Shown here: one piece after another, positions 19,686-29,569 of the stretch
Position numbering within the stretch: position 1 is the stretch's first letter
Layout: each line of letters begins with the position of its first letter
DNA from: Nanobdellati archaeon
GTDB taxonomy: Archaea > Nanobdellota > Nanobdellia > Woesearchaeales > GCA-2686295
DNA length: 63,060 nt
NCBI GenBank assembly: GCA_014384375.1
Contig: JACNFY010000017.1
Coordinates: forward strand, 1 to 63,060
Direction: 5' to 3'
Notes under the pieces: generated by a model
Databases searched by the model: none
Seen by the model: the letters and a program-made list of their open reading frames with translations, nothing else
Told to the model about the DNA's origin: nothing
Made by a program: the position numbers and the translations under genes

Positions 19686-21614
19686 ATGATTTTAGGTCAA
19701 ATAGTAGGCAAGGTAACGCCAACAAACTTTTCATTTAAACTTGAGAAAGAAACGAAAAAGTTTGAGTACATCCAAGTCTACCATGGGGTATATGACTATG
19801 TTCTATGCCAAATTGTTGAGCTTGAAAGAACCAAAGATGGTACTATAGCCAAATGCAAAACCATAGGATACCAAGACAAAGATGGGAAGGTAAAGCAGAT
19901 AAGGATACCATTTGAACCAGGCGCAGAAGTGCTAGAATCAGATGATGAATTCATAAAAAGAATTATTAGTTTAGAAGACGAGGGAAAGGGAGCATACATT
20001 GGAAAACTGGAAGGAAAGGATATCAATGTATACCTTGATTTGAAGAAATTACTAACAAAGCACTGTGCAGTCCTTGCAAAATCAGGAGCTGGAAAAAGCT
20101 ACACAGTAGGAGTGCTGATTGAAGAGATACTTGACAAGAAAATACCTCTACTTATAATAGATCCTCATGGTGAGTATTCAAAGATGAGATTTGAAAATAC
20201 AGATGACAAAGAAAAGCTAGAGAAGTTTGGGTTGAAACCGCAAGGTTATGAAGTTAAGGAGTACGGAGATCCGGAGGTTAATGAAGGAGTTATACCCTTA
20301 AAGCTCACAAAAGATATCACAAATTCTGAATTGATACACTTACTGCCTGCAAAGCTTTCAAGTACACAAGTTGGTGTGCTGTACAGTGCCCTTAAAAATA
20401 TAGATGAGTTGAACTTCAACCAGTTGTTGCTAGAATTGGAGAAAGATGAAAGTGCAGCCAAGTGGACCATAATAAACGTTATAGAATATCTGAGTAACCT
20501 AAACATATTCTCAGATTCTCCAACGCCCTACTCTGAGCTTATATCACCAGGAAACTGCTCGATAATAAATGTTAAAGGAATGCCACCCGACATACAGGAG
20601 ATAATCGTTTACAAACTATGCAAGGATCTTTTTGAACTGCGAAAGAAGAACGAGCTACCACCTTTTTTTCTAGTGCTTGAGGAGGCACACAATTTCTGTC
20701 CTGAGAGAAGCTTTGGAGAAGCAAAGAGCTCGAAGATACTAAGAACAATCGCTAGTGAAGGAAGGAAGTTCGGTCTTGGATTCTGTGTGATAAGTCAGAG
20801 ACCAGCTCGAGTTGACAAATCTGTCTTAAGCCAATGCACAACCCAGATGATAATGAAAGTAACTAATCCTAATGATTTGAAAGCAATATCAAATAGTGTT
20901 GAGGGAATCACAGCAGAGTCAGAGTCTGAAATACAGAACCTGCCTGTTGGAACTGCTCTTGTCTCAGGAGTTGTTGACATCCCGTTGTTTGTCAATATAA
21001 GGCCTAGAAAAAGCATGCATGGAGGAGAGGCAGTCAACATCTTAGATGAAGAAGAAAGAGATGTTATAGAGGATTTAAAGAGTTTCGAGAAAAGAGATTT
21101 GATTCCTGTGATAAAACCAAGGACAACAGTGAAGGACATAAAACTAATGTCAGACAAGGAAGTCAAAGTCAAAGTCAAATTGATACCTGCTGCACTAGTC
21201 ACATGCACTGATAAAGAAGGAGACTTCAATGTATTGATAGAATTAGTTGATGGCTCAATAGTTGTTGACAAAGAGAAGTTCGTTATAAAGAAACTGCCTG
21301 ATATGAATCATCTCACAAGCCAGGAGATTTCTGTTTTGAAAAAAGCATTTGGGAAACAAGCATTGTCTGATGATGAAGCAAAAAGCTTGATTGATAAAGG
21401 ATACTTAAAAGATGATGGTTCTTTATCAAATGATTATATATTCTCAAAGCTCAGAAACCATGCTAGTTATGACAACATAGAGTTTCTCAGTATGACATAC
21501 GATGAAAAACTAGAACCTGTTCTAACCGAGGAAACAGTGAGGAAAAAACTCTCAAACATTGCAGAAATCAAAGCTTACAAAGAGTGTTTTATCGTGAAGC
21601 ACGAAATAGCTTGA
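19686..21614 (+). CDS. HerA/FtsK-like ATPase (HAS barrel + helicase core)
   Basis: Walker A AKSGAGKS, IDPHGEY, Walker B LEEAH, EGRKFG, SQRP. Confidence 0.9.
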   Translation: MILGQIVGKVTPTNFSFKLEKETKKFEYIQVYHGVYDYVLCQIVELERTKDGTIAKCKTIGYQDKDGKVKQIRIPFEPGAEVLESDDEFIKRIISLEDEGKGAYIGKLEGKDINVYLDLKKLLTKHCAVLAKSGAGKSYTVGVLIEEILDKKIPLLIIDPHGEYSKMRFENTDDKEKLEKFGLKPQGYEVKEYGDPEVNEGVIPLKLTKDITNSELIHLLPAKLSSTQVGVLYSALKNIDELNFNQLLLELEKDESAAKWTIINVIEYLSNLNIFSDSPTPYSELISPGNCSIINVKGMPPDIQEIIVYKLCKDLFELRKKNELPPFFLVLEEAHNFCPERSFGEAKSSKILRTIASEGRKFGLGFCVISQRPARVDKSVLSQCTTQMIMKVTNPNDLKAISNSVEGITAESESEIQNLPVGTALVSGVVDIPLFVNIRPRKSMHGGEAVNILDEEERDVIEDLKSFEKRDLIPVIKPRTTVKDIKLMSDKEVKVKVKLIPAALVTCTDKEGDFNVLIELVDGSIVVDKEKFVIKKLPDMNHLTSQEISVLKKAFGKQALSDDEAKSLIDKGYLKDDGSLSNDYIFSKLRNHASYDNIEFLSMTYDEKLEPVLTEETVRKKLSNIAEIKAYKECFIVKHEIA

Positions 21615-21694
21615 TATATTCTTCATTATAATTAATATAGAATATATTCTTTAGCATATAAATATTTAAAAATAAAAATAATATCTACCTTCTT

Positions 21695-21966
21695 GGGGGT
21701 GGAAATCGCAAAAGATTTTCAGCTTGAATCAGAACTCTCCTGATAAGGGTTTTGAGAAATTCGACGTTGCTTGCAACATCGAGCGTAAACGTCTTCGGAT
21801 GTTTGCAATGCCAATAAGAACTGACCAAGAGAAAAGAGATAAACTTGGAGAAGCTTAGTGGGAGACAAGCTCATAACCTGGAAAGGATGAACCAGATTCT
21901 CTTTTAAGGTTCACCAGGAGCGAAGATTCGCTAAAAAGTTGAGAAACGGATGCGATGGAAACCTCT
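21695..21966 (+). ncRNA. Candidate ~270-nt structured non-coding RNA of unknown class
   Basis: 5' and 3' ends pair in three nested helices; several internal hairpins including a C(UUCG)G loop; GC-richer than flanks; TATA-like element upstream and T-run downstream; no ORF in track. Confidence 0.65.
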
Positions 21967-21977
21967 AACTTTTTTCT

Positions 21978-21999
21978 AAGATTGTTGATTCAGACTAAT
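21978..21999. repeat. 22-bp direct repeat, left copy (AAGATTGTTGATTCAGACTAAT)
   Basis: Identical to 22911-22932. Confidence 0.9.
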
Positions 22000-22006
22000 A
22001 GGCATC

Positions 22007-22879
22007 CTAACCATAGATAGAAATAATTATGGTCCCTACAACCATTAACGAAGCAGCGATAATTCTCTTCTTTAAATCCTTTTCCTTGAACCAATAATAA
22101 CCATAAATCATAGAGAACAAAATACTAAGCCTCTTCAAAGAAATAACATATGGAGCTATGATGAACTTATTAGCAAAATTCCCGAGCATAACAGTTGAAA
22201 ATAAAGCCAATCCAATCAACAAGAGTTTATTGAAAGCGACATTTGGTTTCAAAATGGCCTCTCTGTCAAACAATAAGCCAATAACCAACATGCTCAAACT
22301 CAGACTAAATATTCCCATAGTAGAATGAAAAACAGGAGAAGTCATAACCACAAGCATACGATCAAAAGAAGCGCCAATAGCATAAAGAAAAGCGACAATT
22401 AACATATAATAAGAACCCTTGTTCTTAATCATGGCCTTGAAAGGAACTAATAAATTCCGAGTTTTACTAGCATGTAAAACATAAGATCCAAGCACTACAA
22501 ATAAAACTCCAACTAAGCCAAATAGAGAAGTAAACTCGCCAACAATCAAAGGAGACATGAACAATAAGAAAAGGGGAGTGAAAGCAAGCATTGGCATAGC
22601 AAGAGTTAGATCAGCGAGTTTGAAGGCCTTCAAATAAAGCAAAGTAGCAAAGATATTGACAATAAGCCAAGGAATGATAAATAAGAAATACTTGGCAGGA
22701 ACAATAGGAATACCAATCAAAAATAAAGAAACAAATAAAAAAGGAAGAGTGAACAAATAAGGATAAACAGCCATAGAGAAGATACTGGCGTTCTTGATAG
22801 TCTTTTTAATTAATGCATAATAAGAAGCACTTGCAAAACCAGTCAATATCGCTAGTATGTAACCAATCATAAACTTCAC
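22007..22879 (-). CDS. EamA/DMT family transporter
   Basis: 290 aa, about 10 TMs in two repeats, LIVGE and WFKEK motifs. Confidence 0.9.
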   Translation of the reverse strand: MKFMIGYILAILTGFASASYYALIKKTIKNASIFSMAVYPYLFTLPFLFVSLFLIGIPIVPAKYFLFIIPWLIVNIFATLLYLKAFKLADLTLAMPMLAFTPLFLLFMSPLIVGEFTSLFGLVGVLFVVLGSYVLHASKTRNLLVPFKAMIKNKGSYYMLIVAFLYAIGASFDRMLVVMTSPVFHSTMGIFSLSLSMLVIGLLFDREAILKPNVAFNKLLLIGLALFSTVMLGNFANKFIIAPYVISLKRLSILFSMIYGYYWFKEKDLKKRIIAASLMVVGTIIISIYG

Positions 22880-22910
22880 TAATAATGAATTAGAATAAAA
22901 ACTTTTTCAA

Positions 22911-22932
22911 AAGATTGTTGATTCAGACTAAT
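22911..22932. repeat. 22-bp direct repeat, right copy
   Basis: Identical to 21978-21999. Confidence 0.9.
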
Positions 22933-22968
22933 TTTATAAATATGTGAATATTCCCATTTTAGAGATCT

Positions 22969-24207
22969 ATGCAACAAAGAATAAGAACAGGAGAAATTCT
23001 CGAAAGGGATTATGGAATTACATTGCATCTTTCAGGTGTCAAAAAGATATTCATAAGTCCTGTGAAGTATGCAATCGCAGAATTGATGCTTGAGACACCC
23101 AGCAGAATAAGAGAGAGAATAAAGGAAAAAGCAAGACGCGAAGGAGTTTCTATAAAAGAGTTAAGCGACAAACTTGTCCAAGGAGTTCTGAAAAGAGAGA
23201 AATCAAAGGATTTTCTGAATAGAAACACTCGTGGTTCTTTAAGAAAGGTCGAACTTCACAGTGGAGTGACCTATTCTGCACAGGTAAGATCTAAGGAAAA
23301 AAGCGGACCAGATTTTTTCAATGTTTTGATCAGGAACCCTTTTATTTCAGATGACAGATTTTTTGAATATGAATTTATGAGATGTAGCTGTGATGATAAT
23401 TTCTGGAATGACATAAGGAACTTTTATGCTATGTGCATACATCTGTCTGAATTAGAGGTTGCGTTATACAGGGATGAACTTGAGGGCTTATCTGCTAAGA
23501 AAAATCTAACAAGACTTTTCCCAAGGGAGAGAAAACCGAATCCCTGGGATACTTCGTCAATGCCATTTACCTTCTTTGACAAGGGAACTGGCAGAGCTGA
23601 AAGAGACCGATTGCTAACAGATGTTCTCTTTGAAAGATATGTTGATGGCAAAAGCTATTCCAAAATAAACAGGGAATTATTTCAGAATAGAGATATATAT
23701 TCAGAAGCATTAATCTATGCAATAGAAGAAGGAGCAGGAAGATTTGAAGTCCTAAGAGGAAAAGAGAGAACAAGAGAAAAAAGACTTTTAGCACCTAATG
23801 ATAAGAGGAGATATGGAGCAATCAAAGCTTTGGAAAAGAGAATAATAAGAATGTTTGATTATTTCAACATGTGGAAGAAGAGTTATGTTCTGGAATTCCA
23901 AGGTACTCCTTGGGAAGTCACTGCTCAAAGATTTGAGAAAAAAGACAGCGTATATTCTTTATGCATAGGAAAAAATATGCTTCCACTAATAGTGAAAAAA
24001 ACGCTTAGGAACGGAATAGTTAGTGATTGGACAATCTCAGAAGATAGAAATCTGAATTCTCCTTTCAAAAGAAAAAGTACTTATGAATCAATTGATGACA
24101 CAATAAGAAGAATAGGGTTGACACAGATAATAATCCCTGGCATAGGCGCTGGTGCAAAGATAGATGTTCCTGGAATGCTAAGACAGGAGTATAGAAGATT
24201 AATATAA
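22969..24207 (+). CDS. Hypothetical basic protein with SWIM-type Zn finger
   Basis: RCSCDD...MCIHL fits C-x-C-xn-C-x-H. Confidence 0.6.
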   Translation: MQQRIRTGEILERDYGITLHLSGVKKIFISPVKYAIAELMLETPSRIRERIKEKARREGVSIKELSDKLVQGVLKREKSKDFLNRNTRGSLRKVELHSGVTYSAQVRSKEKSGPDFFNVLIRNPFISDDRFFEYEFMRCSCDDNFWNDIRNFYAMCIHLSELEVALYRDELEGLSAKKNLTRLFPRERKPNPWDTSSMPFTFFDKGTGRAERDRLLTDVLFERYVDGKSYSKINRELFQNRDIYSEALIYAIEEGAGRFEVLRGKERTREKRLLAPNDKRRYGAIKALEKRIIRMFDYFNMWKKSYVLEFQGTPWEVTAQRFEKKDSVYSLCIGKNMLPLIVKKTLRNGIVSDWTISEDRNLNSPFKRKSTYESIDDTIRRIGLTQIIIPGIGAGAKIDVPGMLRQEYRRLI

Positions 24208-24248
24208 TAATCAGAAACCCATATAAATGCGCAGATTTTCCCATTCCC

Positions 24249-24830
24249 ATGCCTAAAGAGATTGATGGTAAACTTTTCATAGACGCCAACGAACTCTATG
24301 ATTATTCTGTAGAATTGGCGGATAAGATATTGGCATCAGGTTTTAAACCTGATTTTCTAATTGCGTTGTGGAGAGGAGGAACCCCTCCTGGAATAGCAAT
24401 TCATGAAATCTTCAAGTATCTTGGTATAGAAACAGATCATATTGCTGTTAGAACTGATGGTTATACTGATGATAACAGACTAAAGAAAACAGTGAGAGTT
24501 TATGGTCTGAATTATTTGTTTGATAATGCAGGGCCAGAAAACAGTTTGTTAATAATTGATGATGTTTGGGATACAGGTACAACTATAGAAACTGTTCTAA
24601 AAAGAATTCATAGTAAGATGAGAGATAAAGCTCCTAATAATATAAGGATAGCTACGGCTTATTTTAAGCCAGAAGAGAATAAAACTAATATGACGCCTGA
24701 TTATTATTGTGAGGAAGTGAATCAGTGGATTGTCTTTCCACATGAGTTAATGGATTTAGACCAAGTACAAATAAGAAAAAAACATGCTGGAGTTGCAGAT
24801 CTTCTTGAGAAATACGGTGCTTTTGACTAA
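24249..24830 (+). CDS. Type I phosphoribosyltransferase (hypoxanthine/xanthine-guanine PRT-like)
   Basis: ALWRGG, LLIIDDVWDTGTT PRPP loop, PDYY, WIVFPHE. Confidence 0.9.
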   Translation: MPKEIDGKLFIDANELYDYSVELADKILASGFKPDFLIALWRGGTPPGIAIHEIFKYLGIETDHIAVRTDGYTDDNRLKKTVRVYGLNYLFDNAGPENSLLIIDDVWDTGTTIETVLKRIHSKMRDKAPNNIRIATAYFKPEENKTNMTPDYYCEEVNQWIVFPHELMDLDQVQIRKKHAGVADLLEKYGAFD

Positions 24831-24831
24831 A

Positions 24832-26028
24832 TCACATATTCTTTATTATCGCATCTGCAAATTGAGAGCATTTCAACAGAGTTGCACCTGTCATCTGTCT
24901 CTCTAAGTCATAAGTAACTGTTTTGGCTATGAATGTTTTCTCCATGCCTTTGATTATTAATTCAGCGGCTTCATCCCAGCCCATTAGCTCAAGCATCATA
25001 ACACCAGACAGGATTATAGAACTCGGATTAACCTTGTCCATGCCAGTGTACTTCGGAGCGGTGCCATGAGTTGCTTCGAAAACAGCTATGCCGTCACCAA
25101 CATTAGCACCTGGAGCAACACCTAATCCGCCAACTTGTGCGGCAGCTGCATCAGACAAATAATCACCGTTGAGATTCATAGTGGCGATAACATCATACTC
25201 ATTAGGTCTCAACAGTATCTGCTGAAACATTGAATCTGCAATCCTGTTCTTAACCAAGATTTTGCCTTTTGGAATCTCACTCTCAAGTTCTTCCTCGAAC
25301 ACAACTTTGTCACCAAAATCTTCTTTCAAAACCTCATAACCCCAATCCTTAAACGCGCCTTCAGTATACTTCATTATGTTTCCCTTGTGTACTAAGGTCA
25401 ATGATTTCCTGCTCTTTTCAATCGCATACTCAATTGCTGCTCTCACCAATCTCTTAGAGCCGAAAGCACTGATTGGTTTTATGCCGATGCCTGAGCCTTC
25501 TCTCACTTTCTTACCTTTGGATTCTAAGAAGGCAATAACTTCCTTGGCATCTTTTGAATTAGCCTCCCACTCAATACCCGCATATACGTCTTCTGTGTTC
25601 TCACGAAATACAACTACATCTAATAACTCAGGCTTTTTTACAGGAGCAGGCAATCCTTTGAAATAACGGACAGGTCTTATACATGAATAAAGGTCAAATA
25701 TCTGCCTGATAGAAACATTGAGGCTTCTATGCCCTCCACCAATAGGAGTTGAGAGGGGTCCTTTGAGAACTATCCGAATATTCCTTATCTGATTTAACGA
25801 ATCCTTTGGAAGAAGGTCTCCTTTTTTTTCTAAGGCCTTCTCACCAACAACTATTTCAGTCCATTCAATCTTTCTAGAACCTTTATACGCTTTCTTCACA
25901 GCTGCATTAATAACATTGATAGCGGCAGGAGTTACATCCATGCCGATACCATCACCTATTATATAGCCAATCTCTGGATTATTTGGAATAATCCATTTCT
26001 TGTTTTTATAAAGAATCTTCTCCCCCAT
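24832..26028 (-). CDS. icd: NADP-dependent isocitrate dehydrogenase
   Basis: GDGIG, KGPL-x-[40 protein letters not shown]. Confidence 0.97.
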   Translation of the reverse strand: MGEKILYKNKKWIIPNNPEIGYIIGDGIGMDVTPAAINVINAAVKKAYKGSRKIEWTEIVVGEKALEKKGDLLPKDSLNQIRNIRIVLKGPLSTPIGGGHRSLNVSIRQIFDLYSCIRPVRYFKGLPAPVKKPELLDVVVFRENTEDVYAGIEWEANSKDAKEVIAFLESKGKKVREGSGIGIKPISAFGSKRLVRAAIEYAIEKSRKSLTLVHKGNIMKYTEGAFKDWGYEVLKEDFGDKVVFEEELESEIPKGKILVKNRIADSMFQQILLRPNEYDVIATMNLNGDYLSDAAAAQVGGLGVAPGANVGDGIAVFEATHGTAPKYTGMDKVNPSSIILSGVMMLELMGWDEAAELIIKGMEKTFIAKTVTYDLERQMTGATLLKCSQFADAIIKNM

Positions 26029-26144
26029 GTAAACATTGAAAAATGCTTTTTTTATAAAACTTATCTTTTAGCAATAAAATTTAGTTTCAAGAATTAAACC
26101 AAAACTTTATAAATTTGGGCTATCTGGATTTACTAGGGGATAAG

Positions 26145-28403
26145 ATGTTACTTGACAACGAGCAGATTAAATCATTCTATGATTCTTATTCAAAAAAAGT
26201 TACCGGCATAAAGAATAAAATAAATAGACCAATGACTTATGCAGAGAAGATACTGTTCTCACATATGAAAAATCCTTTTACAGATATTCTGCCTGGCAAG
26301 ACAAGTGTTACTTTAAAGGTTGACAGGGTTGCCATGCAAGATGCAACTGCCCAGATGGCTATACTACAATTCATCCTGACTGGAAAGGACAAAGTTGTAG
26401 TTCCAACAACAGTTCATTGTGACCATCTAATTAGAGCACAAGTTGGAGCAAAAAAAGACCTCGATCTGGCTAAGCATGAAAACGATGAGATTTATGTTTT
26501 TCTTAAAAGCGCTGCTAACAAGTATGGCATGGGATTCTGGAATCCAGGCGCTGGAATAATCCATCAAGTAGTGCTTGAGAACTATGCTTTTCCTGGCGGC
26601 TTGATGATTGGAACTGACTCACACACTCCAAACGCTGGAGGGCTTGGAATGATAGCTATTGGCGTTGGCGGAGCAGATGCAGTTGAGGTAATGGCAGGAG
26701 AAGACTGGAGCATCACCATGCCTAAACTGATAGGTGTGAAGCTAATCGGAAAGCTTAATGGATGGACAGTTCCAAAAGACATCATATTAAAAGTTGCAGA
26801 AACATTGACAGTGAAAGGAGGAACAGGTTGTATAATAGAATACTTTGGTGAAGGTACAAAATCAATAAGTGCCACTGGAAAAGCCACAATCACAAACATG
26901 GGTGCAGAGGTTGGTGCGACAACATCAGTGTTTCCTTATGATGAGTATACAGAAGCTTATCTTAGAGCAACAAAGCGAGAAGCAATTGCAGATATGGCTA
27001 ATAAAATTAAAGAGAATCTTAGAGCAGACAAAGAAGTGGAGGAAAATCCTTTGAAGTACTATAATCAGATTATTGAAATAGATTTGTCAAAATTAGAGCC
27101 TCAAATAGTTGGTCCACACACACCTGACCTTGGACGTCCAATTTCAAAGCTAGGTGAAGATGCTAAGAAGAATAAGTGGCCTTTGCAGTTAAAGTATGCT
27201 TTGATTGGAAGCTGTACTAACTCTTCATACGAGGATATGCAACGAGCAGCGACAATTGCAAAGCAAGCAATTGAGGCAGGTGTGAAAGCAAATTGTGGTT
27301 TCATGGTAACTCCTGGCTCAGAGCAGATTCACAAAACAGTCCAACGTGATGGACAGCTAGAACTTTTTCAGAAGATAGGTGCTGTTGTCCTTGCAAATGC
27401 ATGCGGTCCCTGTATTGGTCAATGGAACAGGACAGATATCAAAAAAGGAGATAAGAATTCAATAATAACATCTTACAATCGTAATTTCAAGAAACGAAAT
27501 GATGCAAATCCTGAGACTAATGCATTTATAGCTAGTCCAGAAATTGTTACTGCTATGGCATTAGCAGGTAGGCTTGATTTCAATCCTTTGACAGATGAAC
27601 TTGAGACTACGAGTGGTGAAAAATGCAAGTTGCAACCTCCAATTGCTGACGAACTTCCATCAAGAGGATTTGTCTTTGATATTTCTGGTTATGAAGAACC
27701 AACTGGTAAAGGAGAAGTAAAGATTGACCCTAAAAGTGATAGATTATCGTTCTTAGAACTGTTTGATGAATGGGACAAGGAAAATGACTTCAAGGATTTG
27801 TTTGTGCTTGTAAAGGCTTATGGTAAGTGCACAACAGACCATGTTTCTCCAGCTGGTATATGGCTGCGCTTCAGAGGTCATCTTGACAATATTAGTGACA
27901 ATGTCTTCAGCGGTGCTGTGAATGCATTTACTTCTGAGACAGGCAAAGGAAAAAATATTCTAACAGGGGAGAGAGGTGTTGAATTCAACAAGATAGCTAG
28001 ATATTACAAAGAGAAAGATAAAGGATGGGTTGTGGTTGGAGACACTAATTATGGTGAAGGCTCAAGTCGAGAGCATGCAGCGATGGAGCCTCGCTACCTT
28101 GGTTGCAGGGTTGTTATTGTCAAGAGTTTTGCACGAATAGCAGAGACAAACCTGAAAAAACAAGGCATTCTTCCCTTATGGTTTGTCAATGGGAGCGATT
28201 ATGATAAGATAAGAGAGGATGACATTATAGCAATTATAGATGTTGATATTAAAGAAGGAAAAAATGTTGAGCTTTTAGTAAAACATTCTGATAGTTCAAC
28301 AGAGACAATCAAGACAAAGCACACTTTTACAAAGGAACAGATTGGCTGGTTCAATGCAGGCTCTGCGATTAATCAAATAAGAAAAAAGAATTTTAAAAAT
28401 TAA
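26145..28403 (+). CDS. acnA: Aconitate hydratase (mitochondrial/Bacteroidetes-type)
   Basis: DRVAMQDATAQMA, HCDHLI, GTDSHT, IGSCTN, ACGPCIG, SYNRNF, GSSREHAA; ATG at 26145 preferred over TTG at 26115. Confidence 0.95.
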   Translation: MLLDNEQIKSFYDSYSKKVTGIKNKINRPMTYAEKILFSHMKNPFTDILPGKTSVTLKVDRVAMQDATAQMAILQFILTGKDKVVVPTTVHCDHLIRAQVGAKKDLDLAKHENDEIYVFLKSAANKYGMGFWNPGAGIIHQVVLENYAFPGGLMIGTDSHTPNAGGLGMIAIGVGGADAVEVMAGEDWSITMPKLIGVKLIGKLNGWTVPKDIILKVAETLTVKGGTGCIIEYFGEGTKSISATGKATITNMGAEVGATTSVFPYDEYTEAYLRATKREAIADMANKIKENLRADKEVEENPLKYYNQIIEIDLSKLEPQIVGPHTPDLGRPISKLGEDAKKNKWPLQLKYALIGSCTNSSYEDMQRAATIAKQAIEAGVKANCGFMVTPGSEQIHKTVQRDGQLELFQKIGAVVLANACGPCIGQWNRTDIKKGDKNSIITSYNRNFKKRNDANPETNAFIASPEIVTAMALAGRLDFNPLTDELETTSGEKCKLQPPIADELPSRGFVFDISGYEEPTGKGEVKIDPKSDRLSFLELFDEWDKENDFKDLFVLVKAYGKCTTDHVSPAGIWLRFRGHLDNISDNVFSGAVNAFTSETGKGKNILTGERGVEFNKIARYYKEKDKGWVVVGDTNYGEGSSREHAAMEPRYLGCRVVIVKSFARIAETNLKKQGILPLWFVNGSDYDKIREDDIIAIIDVDIKEGKNVELLVKHSDSSTETIKTKHTFTKEQIGWFNAGSAINQIRKKNFKN

Positions 28404-28544
28404 TTAAAGTGTTATCACGTTTTCTTTCATTGCTTTCAATTGTTCACAATCGATAATATCTGCGACATTATCAAACCTGTCTTCACATTCAACTTTTGAT
28501 AAATCCACACAAATCCCGTTTTTACAAAACATCATTCTTTGCAT
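28404..28544 (-). CDS. Cys-rich microprotein (46 aa)
   Basis: Not in ORF track. MQRMMFCKNGICVDLSKVECEDRFDNVADIIDCEQLKAMKENVITL with GAGGTGG SD upstream. Confidence 0.65.
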   Translation of the reverse strand: MQRMMFCKNGICVDLSKVECEDRFDNVADIIDCEQLKAMKENVITL

Positions 28545-28637
28545 AAAAACCACCTCAAGAAAAAATAATTCTTTTTTTTATTTAGTTTTTACTTCAAAGC
28601 ATCAAAATAAAAATTAAGAAATCAAAAAAATAAATTA

Positions 28638-28760
28638 TTACAACACTTTAACGATTATAACTACAACCACAACTATAATTATTAGACCAAGCATCATTTT
28701 CTCATGCTTGCACATTCCTTTCTCCAGTTTACAGCTGTGATTTGGGCACATCAAAGACAT
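28638..28760 (-). CDS. Cys/His/Met-rich membrane-anchored microprotein (40 aa)
   Basis: Not in ORF track. MSLMCPNHSCKLEKGMCKHEKMMLGLIIIVVVVVIIVKVL with GAGGTGA SD upstream. Confidence 0.7.
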   Translation of the reverse strand: MSLMCPNHSCKLEKGMCKHEKMMLGLIIIVVVVVIIVKVL

Positions 28761-28787
28761 GTACATCACCTCATACAACTTTTTAAT

Positions 28788-28843
28788 TATCAAAACAAAA
28801 TTTTATTTATTATTTACTTAAGACTATCAAAACAAAGTTTTGA
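28788..28843. promoter_or_regulatory. Candidate operator in divergent promoter region
   Basis: TATCAAAACAAA repeated at 28788 and 28825; the second copy is part of palindrome TCAAAAC-AAA-GTTTTGA (28827-28843). Confidence 0.55.
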
Positions 28844-28892
28844 CAAACAAAGGAAAATATTTTAAAATAAGATTGTATTTTTTATACTTAAA

Positions 28893-29537
28893 ATGGGATA
28901 TACTATAATCGCACCTGTTGGTGATAATCCAAAAGCATTGTTTATTGGCATGAAAGAGTTTCCAACAGAGAAAGTTATCTTGATAACTCTTCACAACAAT
29001 TTCAAGACTGCTAAAAAGCTGAGAAAGAAACTTGAAGACTTTACTATCAAAACCAAGATTATTGAAATGAAAGGTAGTCTGATGGAGGAGATGTTCAGAA
29101 TATTTGGAGAACTTTGCTCTATCTACAATAATGATGATTTAATAGTTAATGTCGCAACAGGTGACAAAATGAGTACATGCGCAGCATTGAGCGCCGCTTT
29201 CGCTAATGGCTTGAAGTCTTTTGGGGTCATGGGTGACCAATGCATGCTTATGCCAATCATGAAATTATCATATTACAACGAACTAAGTGAGAACAAACTC
29301 AGGATACTAAAAGAGATGGATGGAAGTAATTACTTTTCTTTAAAAGAATTAAGTGCTAAATTAGAAATGTCAATATCATTGCTGTCGTATCACATAAACG
29401 GAAACTACAAATACAAGGGTTTGAAAGAGTTTCGGCTTGTAGAAGTGAAAGAAGAGAGCAATAACTTATTTGTCAAATTATCTGAGATGGGTAACCTGTT
29501 GTTGAAAGGTTATATTCAACCAAAGACTGAAAACTAG
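28893..29537 (+). CDS. CARF-like (DUF6293/Csa3-type) + winged-HTH transcriptional regulator
   Basis: N-terminal Rossmann strand IAPVG, VNVATGDK motif, C-terminal SLKELSAKLEMSISLLSYHI HTH. Confidence 0.8.
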   Translation: MGYTIIAPVGDNPKALFIGMKEFPTEKVILITLHNNFKTAKKLRKKLEDFTIKTKIIEMKGSLMEEMFRIFGELCSIYNNDDLIVNVATGDKMSTCAALSAAFANGLKSFGVMGDQCMLMPIMKLSYYNELSENKLRILKEMDGSNYFSLKELSAKLEMSISLLSYHINGNYKYKGLKEFRLVEVKEESNNLFVKLSEMGNLLLKGYIQPKTEN

Positions 29538-29569
29538 AATGTTAGCGTTGTTGGGTTGACTATTGGAGT

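Noticed and set aside
19686-21614. HerA as part of a known defence system (Sir2-HerA, nuclease-HerA)
   Set aside because: No adjacent Sir2 or nuclease gene recognisable
21695-21966. Identification of the structured region as RNase P RNA, SRP RNA or tmRNA
   Set aside because: No GAGGAAAGUCC/P4 signature, no clear SRP helix-8 motif on either strand, no tRNA-like T-arm or CCA end; left as unknown ncRNA
21978-22932. CRISPR array from the 22-bp repeats
   Set aside because: Only two copies ~930 bp apart with a gene between them; no cas genes
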